A stretch of 64,000 bases of DNA from Haliotis cracherodii (GCF_022045235.1 NW_027266343.1:43400001-43464000); one strand, 5' to 3'; positions 1 to 13,594 are shown, numbered from the stretch's first letter. Numbers and translations are program-made. Notes: generated by a model not told the origin, from the letters alone.

Positions 1-414
1 TTTACTTCTGTGTGACTGTGTGCTCAATTCTGTGTCTATATTTTTACTTCTGAGTGACTATATCCTTACATATGTGTGTCTGTATGTTTTTTTATGTATG
101 TCTAGATGTGCTCGTCTCTGTGTGTCGATCTAGGCTTACTTCTGTGAGTCTATATGTTTATTTCTGTGTGTGTATATGCTTACATCTTTGTATCGATATA
201 CTTACGTCTGTGTGTCTATGTGCTTAATCCTTCGTTTCTATATGCTTGCATCTGTGAGTCTAAATGCTTGCTTCTGTGTTTATATCCTTTCATCTGTGAG
301 TCTATATGCTAACTTCGGTGTGTGTCTACATACATGCGTGTGTGTCTATATGCTTGCCCGTTTGCGTCTAAATGCTTACTTCTGCATAGGCGCGTGTCTG
401 CGTGTACCTGTGTC
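1..414. repeat. Degenerate ~24-bp minisatellite (TGTGTCTATATGCTTACTTCTG-like) running into an assembly gap
   Basis: Recurrent gcttacttctgtg / gtctatatg motifs. Confidence 0.7.
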
Positions 415-556
415 NNNNNNNNNNNNNNNNNNNNNNNNNNNNNNNNNNNNNNNNNNNNNNNNNNNNNNNNNNNNNNNNNNNNNNNNNNNNNNNNNNNNNN
501 NNNNNNNNNNNNNNNNNNNNNNNNNNNNNNNNNNNNNNNNNNNNNNNNNNNNNNNN
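415..556. other. Assembly gap (N run)
   Basis: Run of N. Confidence 0.99.
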
Positions 557-1253
557 GCTGTGGGTTACTGTGTGGTGGGATGTATCTTAACGCTCTTTCA
601 AGAAAGAAAAATAACAGATGGTATATGTACACGAATAAATTATTCAAATAAAATAATTTACATGTGTAATATTATATGCAGGATGTGTAATTGTATAGTG
701 TTGTCCAAAAGCTTGAACATGTATTAAACATATCTTTGACATTGTATGCGTCCCTATGCGACCTATTCATTTTTTATAGACATTTTCATTGTTGTAAATA
801 AAACCCTTTCCATATTCATAAGAAATCACTGCTAAGAGCCGAATCCATTATACGATTCCGACTACATAACGAGCCTGTGTGCACGAATTGCTATCCTACA
901 TAACGCTATAACGCTATATCAGACAGGACATGACCTGCAATGTCGTGACAAACTTTAAAGGTTTCACGTCTTCTTAATGCCAATCGAAAATTTCATTTTC
1001 ATAGGTATCCTCATACAGTCGCTTCATGAACACAGTCTGTGGCGTTCTCCTGACAAGTATTTGGTTGAGAACTCGAGGAGAGTATGCACGACGACACCAC
1101 CATGTATAAGTAACACGGAATGTGGTTATATCATTTAGTTGTATTCGAATCATAGCCGCGGGGACGCGCACGTTCACTTGAAAACACGTGGAGGCGTAAA
1201 TAGCAGGACGTGTATAAGTCCGTGCCTCCAGTAGCAAACGTCGACATATCGAT

Positions 1254-1347
1254 GAGGAAGAGAATTCGTGGGTGTCAACTTCTTTACGAATAATAATAAT
1301 AATACTCTTTTTAATAAAGAAGTTGACATCCATAAATTCTCTTCCTC
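1254..1347. repeat. Imperfect inverted repeat (33-bp arms) related to the Penelope-like end at ~44030-44065
   Basis: gaggaagagaattcgtgggtgtcaacttcttta versus the reverse complement of taaagaagttgacatccataaattctcttcctc; the same motif recurs at ~44033-44065. Confidence 0.7.
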
Positions 1348-1603
1348 GTGTGTATCATTTCTAAATGCCTTCCAAAGACCTGACGTATCAATGCATATGG
1401 TTTCATATTTTTAGCGTCAGTTGGAAGTTAAGGGTACCTTGACATATTCTCTCAAACAAGAACGATATGTTCATAAGTAAATTTCGTGGATGATTAGTAT
1501 TCCACATCGCACTGCTACGTGCAACTAAATTCTTCATGGGTTTTTTTCTTTCTGATAAAGTGAGTGAGTGAGTTGGGTTTACGCCGCTTTGAAGGATTTC
1601 AGA

Positions 1604-2096
1604 CATCTTTCAGGGGAAAGGGAGTTTCCACCTTTGCCGGACCAGACTGGAATTTCGGGGTTTGATCGTAGCGCCACCAGTGGCTATTACGAGTCATGTC
1701 CGTTCTATGTACCTCCTATTGACCAATCAGATTCCACCTTTGGTATTACCGCATTTGCACAAACAAAATGGCTGCGCCCAGTCAAGACTATGTGATCGGT
1801 AATCAAGATGTATACATTATCTATAGATCTGTATTGTAATAAAACGATGCTTTCTTCGTGAAGTGCCCAAATCACTCGAGAACCTTGATTAAAAACATGA
1901 AGATATTTGGAAATTATCTTTTGAAGGTAACTTGATGGTACACAAATCCTGCAAACGACCGAAATCTGTACAGCAGTTTACGAATTAGATGTTGATTTAG
2001 TTGAGCGATTTTGATTGGGCTTTGTATAGTCTCGTTGTCCAGCCCAAATATAACTCCATAGTTGCAGTCACTTAACTCCCTTGCTTCGGGAAGATG
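1604..2096. mobile_element. Non-autonomous DNA transposon (MITE family M1, CATCTTCCCG termini), diverged copy
   Basis: Termini catctttcaggggaaagggag ... ctcccttgcttcgggaagatg; interior collinear with 27074-27596. Confidence 0.75.
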
Positions 2097-2155
2097 TTTG
2101 AAAGACGTCATGCCAAGACTCAATAAAAATGCGACAAAAGCATAATGTCCTGCAG

Positions 2156-2324
2156 TGAGTGAGTGAGTGAGTATGGTTTTACGCCGCTTTTAGCAATATT
2201 CCAGCAATATCACGGCGGGGGACACCAGAAATGGGCTTCACACATTGTACCCATGTCGGGAATCGAACCCGGGTCTTCGGCGTGACGAGCGACAATTTAA
2301 CCACGAGGCTACCCGACCGCCCCC
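2156..2324 (-). mobile_element. tRNA-derived SINE family A, full length
   Basis: A and B boxes, hairpin tail, (ACTC)n; 12-bp TSD aatgtcctgcag at 2144-2155 and 2325-2336. Confidence 0.95.
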
Positions 2325-2650
2325 AATGTCCTGCAGGATATTGGCAACATGGCACCTCTTGAGATGGTTCAAGATCAGGAAGATCCCGCATCACCACAGC
2401 AGCCCAGGGTTGCTGTATCCTCGTCCTCCACCGTCGAGACAGGAGACTGACTGCAATGTACACTGCGACATAAATTCTGGTTTCCGTTTCCGAACTGTAG
2501 GAATCTGAGCCCAACGTTGCGTTATTTCACCTCAACGTAATCGACCACAGCGACTGCAGTGGTGTCGGTAACATCATCAATGGCTTCCCTGACGTTGGCG
2601 TAACGAGAGTTATAGTGGATTTTACGTCAGGTGGGCCACGGGGTTAGCGT

Positions 2651-2930
2651 GTGAGTGAGTGAGTTGGGTTTAACGCCGCTTTTATGAGTATTCCAGCTAC
2701 ATCACGGCGTGTCAGCTTAATGTGGGAGGGAAGCCCGAAGAGATGCAGGTCTCAGACGTTTAACACTTTGATGAAACCCTCGAGTATGGGTATGGTGCTG
2801 ACAAATCCAGAAACATCATCGGGGCGAACAGGGATTCGAACCCGCGATCATAGATTTTATGAGCGCCCAAGGAACGTAACTCTGCACAGTAAATTGCGGC
2901 ACCTTGGACGACTGGGCCACCTGTGTCCCC
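2651..2930 (-). mobile_element. SINE family B
   Basis: Matches the family B consensus; inserted in the Tc1 fossil. Confidence 0.9.
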
Positions 2931-4667
2931 TGTTGTACAAGAAGTCGACAGGATCGGTGGAGGAAGTATCATGATATGGAGAGACATCTCTTATGGACGA
3001 AGAACAGATCTGGTTCATATGCAGGACAATTTAACAGGTGCGTTGTCGTGACGAGGTCTTAGTCTTCCTGTGGTCAGGGTTCTTAAAGCACCAAGCACCG
3101 TCCTTCATCATGGCAATGATCCTCCCCACTAGCACGAGTCTGTACTGATTTCCTGAGAGCCAAGCACATAAACGTAACGTCGTGGCTGTCAAGGTTTCCG
3201 GATCTCAATCCAATAGGGCATCTGGGGGGTGAGCTAGAAGTCAACCAGGGGTCGCAGAACTTGCTTAAATATGCCAATGTCTTCAGGAAGACTAGGCTGC
3301 CATTGCAGAAGGTGTCATCCGCAGGCTACTTGGTTCCATGGGCAGGAGGTGTCGTGCGGTCATTCAGGCCAATGGTGGGCACACACAGATCTTGGCTTGA
3401 CGACAGCCGTGCTTTAGATGGTCACGTAACCGGCACATGCCAAGACTTGACGTGAACTCTGGTGCCATGTAGCCAAATAACAGTCAAAGTATTTTTCTTT
3501 TTTGAGTATATATGGGATCTAAAGCTTTATTTACGATATATTTAATAAAATTCAGAAAATAGCATAATGACTACTAAAATGTGGAAAGTCAATTTATATT
3601 CAAGAGGTTCCCAATAATCAAGCCATGAGGAATGTTTGTGTGTTTCGAAAGTTTGGCCACAAGGTCGTGTAATGAGAGAAAGTTTCTCATTGGCAGAACG
3701 TCAACGGAAACTTTATACGTAATTACCGTAGCAGTATAAAAAATTGATTTAATATGTCAATGTCAATTATGTGCTGACGACAAAATCCATGACAACATGA
3801 GCGTAATGATCTTACGCTTATGACACGTGATAGTTAAATCGAATTTGTTGGAACGTTTTCATTTACATCAAAGAGAAAATTGTTTTAACGCCACATGGAT
3901 TTGCCAAAAAGTGAAGTTCTTTCACAAATGCGGACAAAAATATGTCTTTTTTATTTCTTGAAACATGCATTTCTGACAAGTATTGTCGCATTGAAATGGT
4001 TTGGGTTATTTCAGTGATCGTTAAAAAATGCAGTTAGTTTCAAGATGTAATTGTGGATGACATTTTGATGCATGTTAGAAAATTGAATTTCGACAAATTG
4101 TATAGATTACGTTTTGTTTGCATGCATATTTGGAAACCACATCAGTTTATATCTTCATATTTACTCGCGGAAGCATCTCAAATGAAATAAAAATCAGCTA
4201 TGGTCCTTAAAAGTGTATCATTTACTGAATATATAAATATTCAGGGAAAACTGATAGAGGGGAATGTGATAGAATGGTCGAATGGAGTTCGGTAATTGTT
4301 TTCAGTCGCATAAATACCTGCCTCGTGTAAAATATATCTTATGAAAATTCAACCTTTCTCTCAAAATTCATTTGATAAGATTTGGAGGCGATTATTCAAT
4401 CTGTATATGCGAGTGGGTAAGTAGATTACGCGTTGCACTCGTATCGCAGCAATATCTTGCAGGGAAATCAATGGCAGGATGAGCATTGACCCGTTATGGT
4501 CAACCGATTCCATTATTGAATATACCTAGTTGAGGCCTTGTACCCTCAAAGATACATCATCGGAGAGAATTTCGGATTCGAACCCATGACTACTGCATCC
4601 TGACCGTACGTCTTAAGGACCTACGCGGCGAAACCTCTGGGCTACCCGTGCCCAATTAAAACATGTG

Positions 4668-4890
4668 GACCCGTGAAGATCCGGTAATAATTAGTGTTCA
4701 GCATCCATGCTTGTCGTAAAAGGCGACTAGCGGGATCGGCTGGTCAGGCGCGCTGACTTTTTGGTTGATACATGTAATTGTATCCAAAATGTGTAGATCA
4801 ATGCTCACGATGTCAATCACTGGTTTGCAGTCCATCATTTACAGACGGTCGTCATTTAGCTTGAATATTGCTGAATGCGCGCTAAACAAA
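4668..4890 (+). mobile_element. Short retroposon family C
   Basis: gacccgtgaagatcc head, cttgtcgtaaaaggcgacta motif, shared tail. Confidence 0.85.
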
Positions 4891-5104
4891 GGAATCGCCA
4901 GGTCCAAAATGCTGAGCACTATAGCTAAAGAGGTATTTTGAACACCGCCACCAGCGAGATTTACACGATATAACACGGTATAAGATGGAATATTGCCGAA
5001 CCTTCCATAGATAGGGTTAAGTTCTACCCATTTTTGTTCAAGTATGCGTGTAAATAGCGCCCATGCTAATGGTATCTAATGATAGGAATCCTTAAGACCC
5101 TTCC

Positions 5105-5212
5105 TTTGGCAGCACAATACCCGTCACTTCAGACTTTCCTCCCACATCAAGCTAACACCCTGTGATATGACTGAAATAATGTTCACACAATTCACTCACT
5201 CACTCACTCACT
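5105..5212 (+). mobile_element. SINE family B 3' fragment
   Basis: cacttcagactttcctcccacatcaagct ... (ACTC)n. Confidence 0.7.
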
Positions 5213-7899
5213 TCTTGAGATCATGAGATCAAATAAATCTTAATATATACCGTTTGTCAGGACAGTCAGATGACATCAACGCGTCATACAAATATGTACC
5301 GCGCTGAATGTAGAGATCCTATCGAACGGAACTTCGATACAATATAACAATTTTGAAAACAAAAGCAAGTTAGAAATCGCCTGCAGCACAAACATCATTT
5401 CCGTCAGCGTACAAATGAGTGTTTTGTGTCGACACAAGGGTCATTTCCATGTTAAACCCATACAAGGAAGTGTTGATGGAGCGTCCCTTTAAATAATTCA
5501 TGGCCACAATTTCAGCTTGGCCCTTTGTCCCCAAAGCCGATGTTGTATTCTACTGAAAACCGTCATGCAAATGTACGTTAAATTGACAAATAATATGCTT
5601 CAAATTATTGTAAAACCATATCTCAACTACTGAATGGTTCCTCTTTGTTCCCAACATAACGAGAACGCCACCAAGGGTAGATAATCCACCACTACACACC
5701 TCAATAATGGCCACATGGTAATTAAAATAATCCCAAGATGTAATCTTATTCCGCTAAAAGTCCCACCGGATTCAAATGGACTTTCGCACCAAAATTTAAT
5801 TTCGACCCGTCAATCTTGTTTCAAATCCGACTCGGGTAAATTAATATTTGACCTCTCAGAACTGGGGATGTAGGAGAGGTCTGCATCAGGTTACGTGTGT
5901 TAATAAATAGAGTCCTCCGACACATCTATAATTATGGCCAGAGTGGTCGGCGGCGACTGTGGCTGAATTACAAGGGATTCGGTCAGATAAGCGTCCGGAA
6001 CACCGGGCAGGATCGTCAATATTTAAGTGACAGATGAAAAGATTGTTGATAATTAATGTTTTCGCGACCTCTATGCGGGTTAATTTTTGGGGCCATTCAG
6101 TCTCTGGTAAAGGTTGATCTGGAGCATTATAATAGAGATTGACATCTGCCAAGGGCGATCATAGATTATAATATTCGTTTATTGGATTATAGACGGTAAT
6201 GATTTATATTTTCCAACTTAAAGATGGTCTTATTAAGGAGGATGAGGAGGAGGTCGTGTTAGGATTAAATGAAACACACATTGAAACAAATGATCAACAA
6301 CAAACAATAGGGCAGGAAATCATGCGTGTATTTGGTACCAGACAATTAAATATACGTACCATAAGGGTATCATTCTTGTGTTTAAAAGATTTTTTAAAAT
6401 CTGGTACCGCCTAATTTAAAAAAATATTAATTAGTTAACTGTTTTTTACATAAATATAAAAAGAAATAAAATAGACATAAAAAATTGAATTAAACTGAGT
6501 TACAGTCGGTTGGTAATATTTTCTTTTGTTGAAACACGAAAGAAACGAAACAAATTTGCACCCAATTAAGGAAGTATACTTTATTATGATAATAATAGTG
6601 ATAAAATAACGAAAAGTGTTTGAATAGAAACTTTTGACAGTGTCAACGTGTGTTGACTGCAAAGAACATCGGAATTCTTTAATCTGGGAAGATCATCATC
6701 CGGACTATTAAATGATAAGTGTCAACCATTTTATTACCATATGCACTAGGTTTAGATGCAAGAGATCCGAACAGTTCGGATTAGATAGGTTCGAATTGTC
6801 ATTGGGTTCCAATTATCACTACGTACATGTTTCGAATAAGATGGATTTACATGACTGAACTGAGTTTCAACACCTGGTGTCATCACTGATTTTCAGTAAT
6901 CCATTCATATAATTTTACTGCTATCTTGCCTTTTACTCCTAATGGAATCTGTTTCGTTGAATGACCAAGACAAATTCTCTGGAGTTTGCGTTTAATATTT
7001 ACTCTTAAAACACACCTGATATTTTACTTCGGGGACATCAATAACATGATCTTTATAAACAGAGGGACATCAATCTATCTATATTATATTTTGTTATATC
7101 TCATATTCATATACCTCATACTTATATCATAATATAACAATAGATGAATGAGAAAATTGAATTTATGTTCTATCCCTTACACTGCAGAAAGTTTAACTCT
7201 TCCCCTACTTTTTGTTTTAATTGAGACATAGCATATAGTTTTTACAATTCATCACTATCTACAGACATATAAGTCCATAAACAGTTGATTGTGTTTCACT
7301 GCAGCAGGTTTGGCTGGTAATGTGCTGAAATTTTAACTACTAAACAAATTTAATATTTTCTCAACTTTCGCCAATTCTAATTTAAAAAATAACAATTATT
7401 TGGCGATGCTCTTAGTATTACCCATCTCGTTGTAGTGTTAAACTTATCATTTAACAGAATATTTTTTTCTAGAGTTTTTCCAGTTTTCAGTTTATAAACA
7501 TCGCAACACATTTAATATTTTATGAACATGTTTACAACTAAAATAAATGCAAAGAAATTAAAGCTCTTGCGTTGTTTACATTAACCGTCTCAATTTCAGA
7601 CCCATTCTTCAATACGCTTTTGTAGTACCAGGCTTAACTAATTACAGACTTTGATCGTGTCTGAGGCAAAGGTGTTCCAGTGTGAAGAGCCTGAGAGACA
7701 GACATGTGTCAAAATGACGACAAAGTCCACGAAGTGCATTATTTCTCGCTGTGATTGCTTCTACAAACATTTGAACCACCTCATGCATTTTCTGCCTGGA
7801 AGTCGTTGTATTTATTCATGTGCTCAGCATTTGGATAACCAGATCCAATATTGTTTTCTCCAGCTGTCGAGCTGCCATTCTCACGGATTCCGGGAAGAA

Positions 7900-8030
7900 A
7901 TCCGGCAAAAAATGCGAGCCATCTTTCCTCTTCGTCTGCGCAGGCAGGATCCACCGAGCCCCTCGTTTCCTTTCACATCTGATTTCAAGATGGCCGTCTT
8001 TCGTGACTTCCGGTTATGGCGGCCTAACGG
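7900..8030. promoter_or_regulatory. CpG-rich patch with YY1-like and ETS-like motifs
   Basis: gccatctt (7918), caagatggccg (7986), acttccgg (8006); motif matches only. Confidence 0.35.
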
Positions 8031-8947
8031 GGACCTTCTGCGCACGCTCCCTTGTCTGGAGTTTGTCATGTTTATTTTAGTTGGCGGTTTGGAATGTGGT
8101 AGACACGTTGTGGTCAAAGTTTATTTTCACAACACAATTTACCAATTATATATGCATTAGTATACTATTGTCACGCGCTCGGTCTACTTTCGAATTCATT
8201 TTTCTAGGTCAGATTGAAATGGCGACGATACGCAGCTTTTTGCGTTTTAAAACATAAACGGAAATTCGCAGTAATTTGGCAGAAAATATATATGACGGAA
8301 AACCATTAGTACATATTGTTTCCTCTTGGGAGAGATTTTGTATGAACTGTTGTACGAATCAATATTCAACTATGGAAACTTTACTTTACTTTTGCCGTGA
8401 GAATATTCTTAGCACTCGAAAGGCTAGAGAGTCGAAGTAGTTTATTCAACGTCCGACAATAACACAAAATAGTTAAAAAGATAATATGAAAGGAATCGCA
8501 GATACTTTGCATGTGTCTTCACAGCAAAAGAGAACCCTATTTTGTGTTTATGAATTAAATATGATGTTGGCTAAAATAAGAAGTAGCGGACAAATATCGA
8601 GTTCCGTCCAATACAAATAATGGCGAGGATCGTATTCATCCCTCTGTTGTTAGGTTCTTTTGATTATCATGGTTCTCCAGCTCCGAGAATGCCGACTCAC
8701 ATATGGGAATGAACAACTCACGTGTGAGGGTATTGCGAGTCCATGAGTTCAGGTGACTGCTCCTAGCGGGAGCCACCTGCGCGAGCATACTCTGCGGCGT
8801 TGATAGTTCATGGCGCCACCTGTTCGAAAGTGTGTTGTTGAACAAGCACGTGCACCATTTGTAATCCCAATGTCAATAAGTGCTGTTCTACGAGACAGCG
8901 AGGGACGTAGATAACTGTTGTTACATGATATTTATATGTACGCCCAT

Positions 8948-9122
8948 GGGGGTGTTTGGGTAGCCCAGTTGTTAAAGCGTTTGCTCGTCATGCCCAAGGC
9001 CCGTGTTTGATTCCCCACATGGGTACAATCTGTGTAGGCCATTTCTGGTGTCCCCCGCCGTGATATTGCTGAAATGTTGTCAAAAGCGGCGTAAAACCAT
9101 ACTCATCCACTCCCTCCCTCAC
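8948..9122 (+). mobile_element. SINE family A
   Basis: Diverged full-length match to the family A consensus. Confidence 0.9.
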
Positions 9123-9194
9123 CTAATCAGCATTCATGTGAGTTACATGTACGTCATAATTATGTTTAGTTGGATGGGCATTACACCGCTTTGA

Positions 9195-9482
9195 GTGAGT
9201 GAGTGAGTGAGTGAGTGAGGTTCAACGCCGCTTTTAACAGTATTCCAGTTATATCACGGCGTGTCAGCTTAATGTGGGAGGTAAGCCCGAAGTGAGGCAG
9301 GTTTTAGACGTTTACCACTTCGGTGAAACCCACAAGCACGGGTATGGTGCTGACAAACCTAGAAACATAATCGGGGTGAACCGGTATTCGAACCCACAAT
9401 CATAGGTTTCTGGCGGGTCCAGGGGACGCAACTCTGCACAGCGAATCGCGTCGCCTTAGACGACTGGGCCACCCGTGCCCCC
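9195..9482 (-). mobile_element. SINE family B, young, nested in the tail of an older family B copy (~9165-9700)
   Basis: 13-bp TSD tacaccgctttga at 9182-9194 and 9483-9495. Confidence 0.95.
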
Positions 9483-10322
9483 TACACCGCTTTGAACAAA
9501 ATTTCAGTTAATCACAGCATGGGATCTCAATGTCAGATGAAAGCCTGACATGACAGGTCTTAGACGTCTACCGCATTGGCGAAACCAACGACCACCGGTG
9601 TGGTTCTGACAAACCAATGCTTAAAGAAAGCCGAATCTGGGAATCGAATCCATGATCATGGGACTCCAAAGGGTGGGAACTCTGAACAGGGAAATACAAA
9701 GCACTGTCGAGAGCGGTAATAAATTCACTCACTCACTCGCCATAGACAGTTGGGTCGACAGAAAGGTCTTCAGTGCCACATTCTTTGACTTAAATTTAGT
9801 CCCAGAAAGTACTTTATCTCATTTAACAATATATATCTACAAATTAAAATTAAAATTATATTCTTTTAATAATAAAGCTTTAACATTGTTGATTATGGCA
9901 CAAAACAACTTTCCTCCAGTGAACCACTCAATAACTCAGGTGAGATGGAATGGTAAAGGGGTGCTGGTTATCTGATATGACGTTATCGCTGCTGTCGGAG
10001 TAGCTGTTGACGACGTTGTTGGGGATATGTCGACAGCAAGACATTGCCGCTTACACCTACAGACGCTGTTGGGAGTCTTCATTCCGCCCATCACAAGCAA
10101 ACATGTCGGGCAACTGTGAAAACAATGCACATTTTCCCTAATTGGCCCGTGCAGCATTGACAACATTCGCAGCCATCACGTCATCACGTGACATGCCACT
10201 CAGCTGTTGGACTGGTTCCGTTGCCTCCATGTGCATATCGGCATGCAGTTACAAGACAAGACAGTAGCCCAGTCGAGTGTTGGCGTCGAAGGTCAAGGCT
10301 GGGCAACAGAATGCAATACTCG

Positions 10323-10862
10323 TTTGTTTGTTGTTTTAATGCCATATGCACTATTAGCGCTATACGACGGCGCTCTGTAAATTGTGTTGTCTGGTCCAGT
10401 TGCACTAGTGGTTGATATCATGAGCAACAATCCTCGCCGCCTAGAATCATTGAAATACAACTATCTAGGTGAGAGTGTATGATCTCTTCATTTGTCGGGT
10501 GTAAGGACAATCGCATCATCCGAGTGAAGATCCGGGGTAGATTAGGTCTTGAGCAACCAATGCTTGTCGTAATTTATAAGAGCAGACACACGGGATCGGG
10601 TGGTCGGGCTCGGTGACTTGGTTACTGCATGTCATCGTATCCCAATTGCGTTGATCGATGCTCATGATATCAATCACTGCATTGTCTGGTCCAGACTCGA
10701 TTATTTACAGACCCCCGTCATATAGCTGGAATATTGCTAACTGCGGCGTAAAACAACAAACCAAACCCTATAGTGTGGATCGATGCCAATGATGTTAATC
10801 ACTGGATTGTCGATTATCAACAGACCGCCGTCATACAGCTGGATCAAACAACAAACAAACAA
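10323..10862. mobile_element. Family C cluster: partial (-) 10323-10435, near full (+) 10520-10767, partial (+) 10773-10862
   Basis: Matches to the family C consensus. Confidence 0.85.
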
Positions 10863-11359
10863 ATTTCATCTTCCCCTGATGCGAAGAAGATCAGTAGTTA
10901 CCTGTGCTGCCTTTTGTATAGGAGCAGGCGAATTACAGAAGAAGGAGAACTTCAGCAACCCCACAACAACACATACCGCTCCACCCCCACCCCCTATCCC
11001 CGCAGAGCGCACCCTCACTGCAGGGGGCACCGCACTCGGCACCTAGACTAACGTTTAGTCTATGAAATCTTATATTACACAATATCCTTCTTCACTCTTA
11101 AAAAGTACCCAAAAAATCCCTATGCTGATGTGGAATAGAGCAAGCTGGAGCTGGCTAGACTTGCTTTTGTATCATGCGTTTCTAGAATATTGGGGTTTTT
11201 TTTCATAAAATAAAAATATTCCACAGTCATTGTGCAGGACTATCGGCACCCAACACACCCTATTAGTTTTCCATACGGTGTGTCACCACTGTTGTCGCTA
11301 ACACGAACATCTGCTACATCAGCTGATGGTGCTTACAGGACAACCTCACCTTCGTGGAG

Positions 11360-11480
11360 GGAGGGAGTTTGGTTTAACGCCGCTTTGTACTTGTACAGTT
11401 TTACAGTGATATCACTACGTGTCTGCTGGATGTGGGAGGAAAGCCCGAAGTGATACATGTCTCAGACGCTTACCACTTCA
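11360..11480 (-). mobile_element. SINE family B 3' fragment
   Basis: ggtttaacgccgc ... gtgggaggaaagcccgaagtgat. Confidence 0.75.
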
Positions 11481-11925
11481 ACTACTACTATTACTACTAC
11501 TAATTCTACTACTCGTCCTACTTATCTACTACTTCTACTATTACGACGACGACGACGACCACCACCACCATCACTTTTACTGATACTACTGCTACGTCTA
11601 CGACCACCACCACGTGCACAATACTACCATTTCGTTTACAGCTACGTCAACTACTACTTTTACTATTACTACTACTACTTTCTAAAACTAATACTACAAA
11701 CTCTACCACAACTACTCTTAATATAGACTAACATCTAGTCTCTGAAATGAGCATATTTTACAGAAAAAAAACAGTTGTTAAATTATAGTTTTAACATATA
11801 ATAAAGAGGAGCCCAGAGACTTTCTTTATTTTCAGATACTGCAGTAGTGTAGACTTGCCAAACATTATACTTACATAGGCTGTATTGGATATATTTGTTT
11901 CAGGGTCTGTATGACAGACTACTCT

Positions 11926-11969
<44 letters not shown>

Positions 11970-12095
11970 TTACGACTATTACTACCGCTGCTACTACATC
12001 TACTACTACTACTACTACTACTACGACCACACCACTAGCACTACAAATGCTACAACTACTTATACAAGTACTTATACGTACGACAACTACTACAA
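11481..12095. repeat. Compound trinucleotide microsatellites (CTA/ACG/ACC)n in two blocks, ~11481-11720 and ~11918-12095
   Basis: Direct inspection. Confidence 0.9.
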
Positions 12096-13069
12096 CAGTG
12101 ATAATCCATATGACCCACATTATATTAAGTTTGTATGAAACACCTGTTCCTTTCTTTGAAGAAAACAATTTGTTGAATTTCAAATTATTTAACAGGATCT
12201 GCTGGCAGGGTGTGCCGCTGTCAGACCCCAGGGTGGCCTCTGTCTGCCGGGGTGAGACTGTCGGATGCTTCCAGTTAGCGCCTCGCATAGACAAACACGA
12301 TCTAGATTCTACTCACATGACAACATAACATTTGTTTGTGTTGCCTCACGGCGGTCGTCTGCTGCCATAACATGACCATCTGTCGGGGAAATAGTATCTT
12401 CTGTAGCCTTCCCTCACGCCGCTTCCGAGGAATGCCGGGAAAATAGAGATAAGACGTGATTACTGTATTATGTTTTGATTTCAATAATCAAAATAAGAGA
12501 TATTTCAGACCTGATTAGTGGCATATTTTACGCAGCTTGATTTGATCATAGCAGCGCGCATGCTGAGAAGAGGAAAATGAGCAGACTGGGATCATGTCTA
12601 CAAATTATGCAGGAGCAATGGGCATACACGATTGCGGACTCAAAGGACGGAACCAGTTAAATATAAAAAACACGCACCAACATTGCCCTGAAATGAGATG
12701 TTGGAAGAGCCATACAAATTAACTATCACTGACTGAACACCATTGCCAAGATGTTGACATCATAACATCCAAATATATCGTCTGCTGTTTGTTTCAACTC
12801 CTTGTTACAAACAAACATGTTGACATTATGAAATTAAAAATTGCAGTTTTTGAGTGAAAGGGTTAGTACGACATATGTAACCTGAAGCTCAAGTGACCTT
12901 TTGTAATAAAGATCTTGGCATTTAACATATGGCGATATGTTATTTTCCGATTCTTTACGCTGTTACATAAACCTCATTAACAGGGAACTTACACTCATGT
13001 ACATGTCATTTTTTTTTAAAAACAACAACAAAAAAGCTGCAGATGAAATTTAACACAAACTTACGAGAT

Positions 13070-13332
13070 ACCATCGTCCTAGGCGCCACTAATCGCTGTG
13101 CAGAGTTGCGTCCCTTAGCCATGCCAGAAACCTATGATCATGGGTTTCGAATCCCAGATTCTCCCTGGTTATGTATGTTTCTTGACTTTAAGCACCATAC
13201 TCGTGCTCGTTGCTTTCACCAAAGTGGTAAACGTCTGAGACCTGCATCATTTCCGGCTTTCTGTCCACATCAAGCCAACACGCCGTGACATACTGAAACA
13301 TTGTGAAAAGCGGCCTTAAACAAAATCACTCC
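13070..13332 (+). mobile_element. SINE family B, diverged
   Basis: Collinear with the family B consensus. Confidence 0.85.
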
Positions 13333-13594
13333 TACAGGTTTTCACAATATTCCCCTGACAAAAGACATCTCACAGTACTTCAAGACAAAAAAAACCAACA
13401 CATTCTCCAGACATTAGATGTTATACAAAGCAATTCCAACCCTATCATCTGATATAAAATCCAAATTAAACATGAAATTCATCATTTTCATGCTTATTTA
13501 ATTACAACAACAAAGCATTCCCGCGAATACACGCACGTGAACATAAGAAAACACGTGCAGCTCGTGTTAAGCACGAATGTTTCCAACAGCCCTT

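Larger units (their letters stand above)
2110..3511 (+). pseudogene. Decayed Tc1-family (DD34E-type) transposase, interrupted by two SINEs
   Basis: Hand-translated fragments: MPRL start (2110), RSGRSRITTAAQ...RRDRRLTA, RLQWCR*HHQW, QEVDRIGGGSIMIW..ISYGRRTDL (from 2932), ARVCTDFL...SWLSRFPDLNPIGHL. Many stops and frameshifts. TIR-like end ttttttgagtata at ~3500-3511. Confidence 0.85.

Noticed and set aside
170-727. ORFs spanning the N run
   Set aside because: Artefacts of the gap and the adjacent minisatellite.
7651-8160. 169-aa ORF
   Set aside because: TTG start, no recognisable domain, and it overlaps a CpG-rich motif patch.
11457-12294. Poly-Tyr, poly-Val and poly-Thr ORFs
   Set aside because: Translations of trinucleotide microsatellites.
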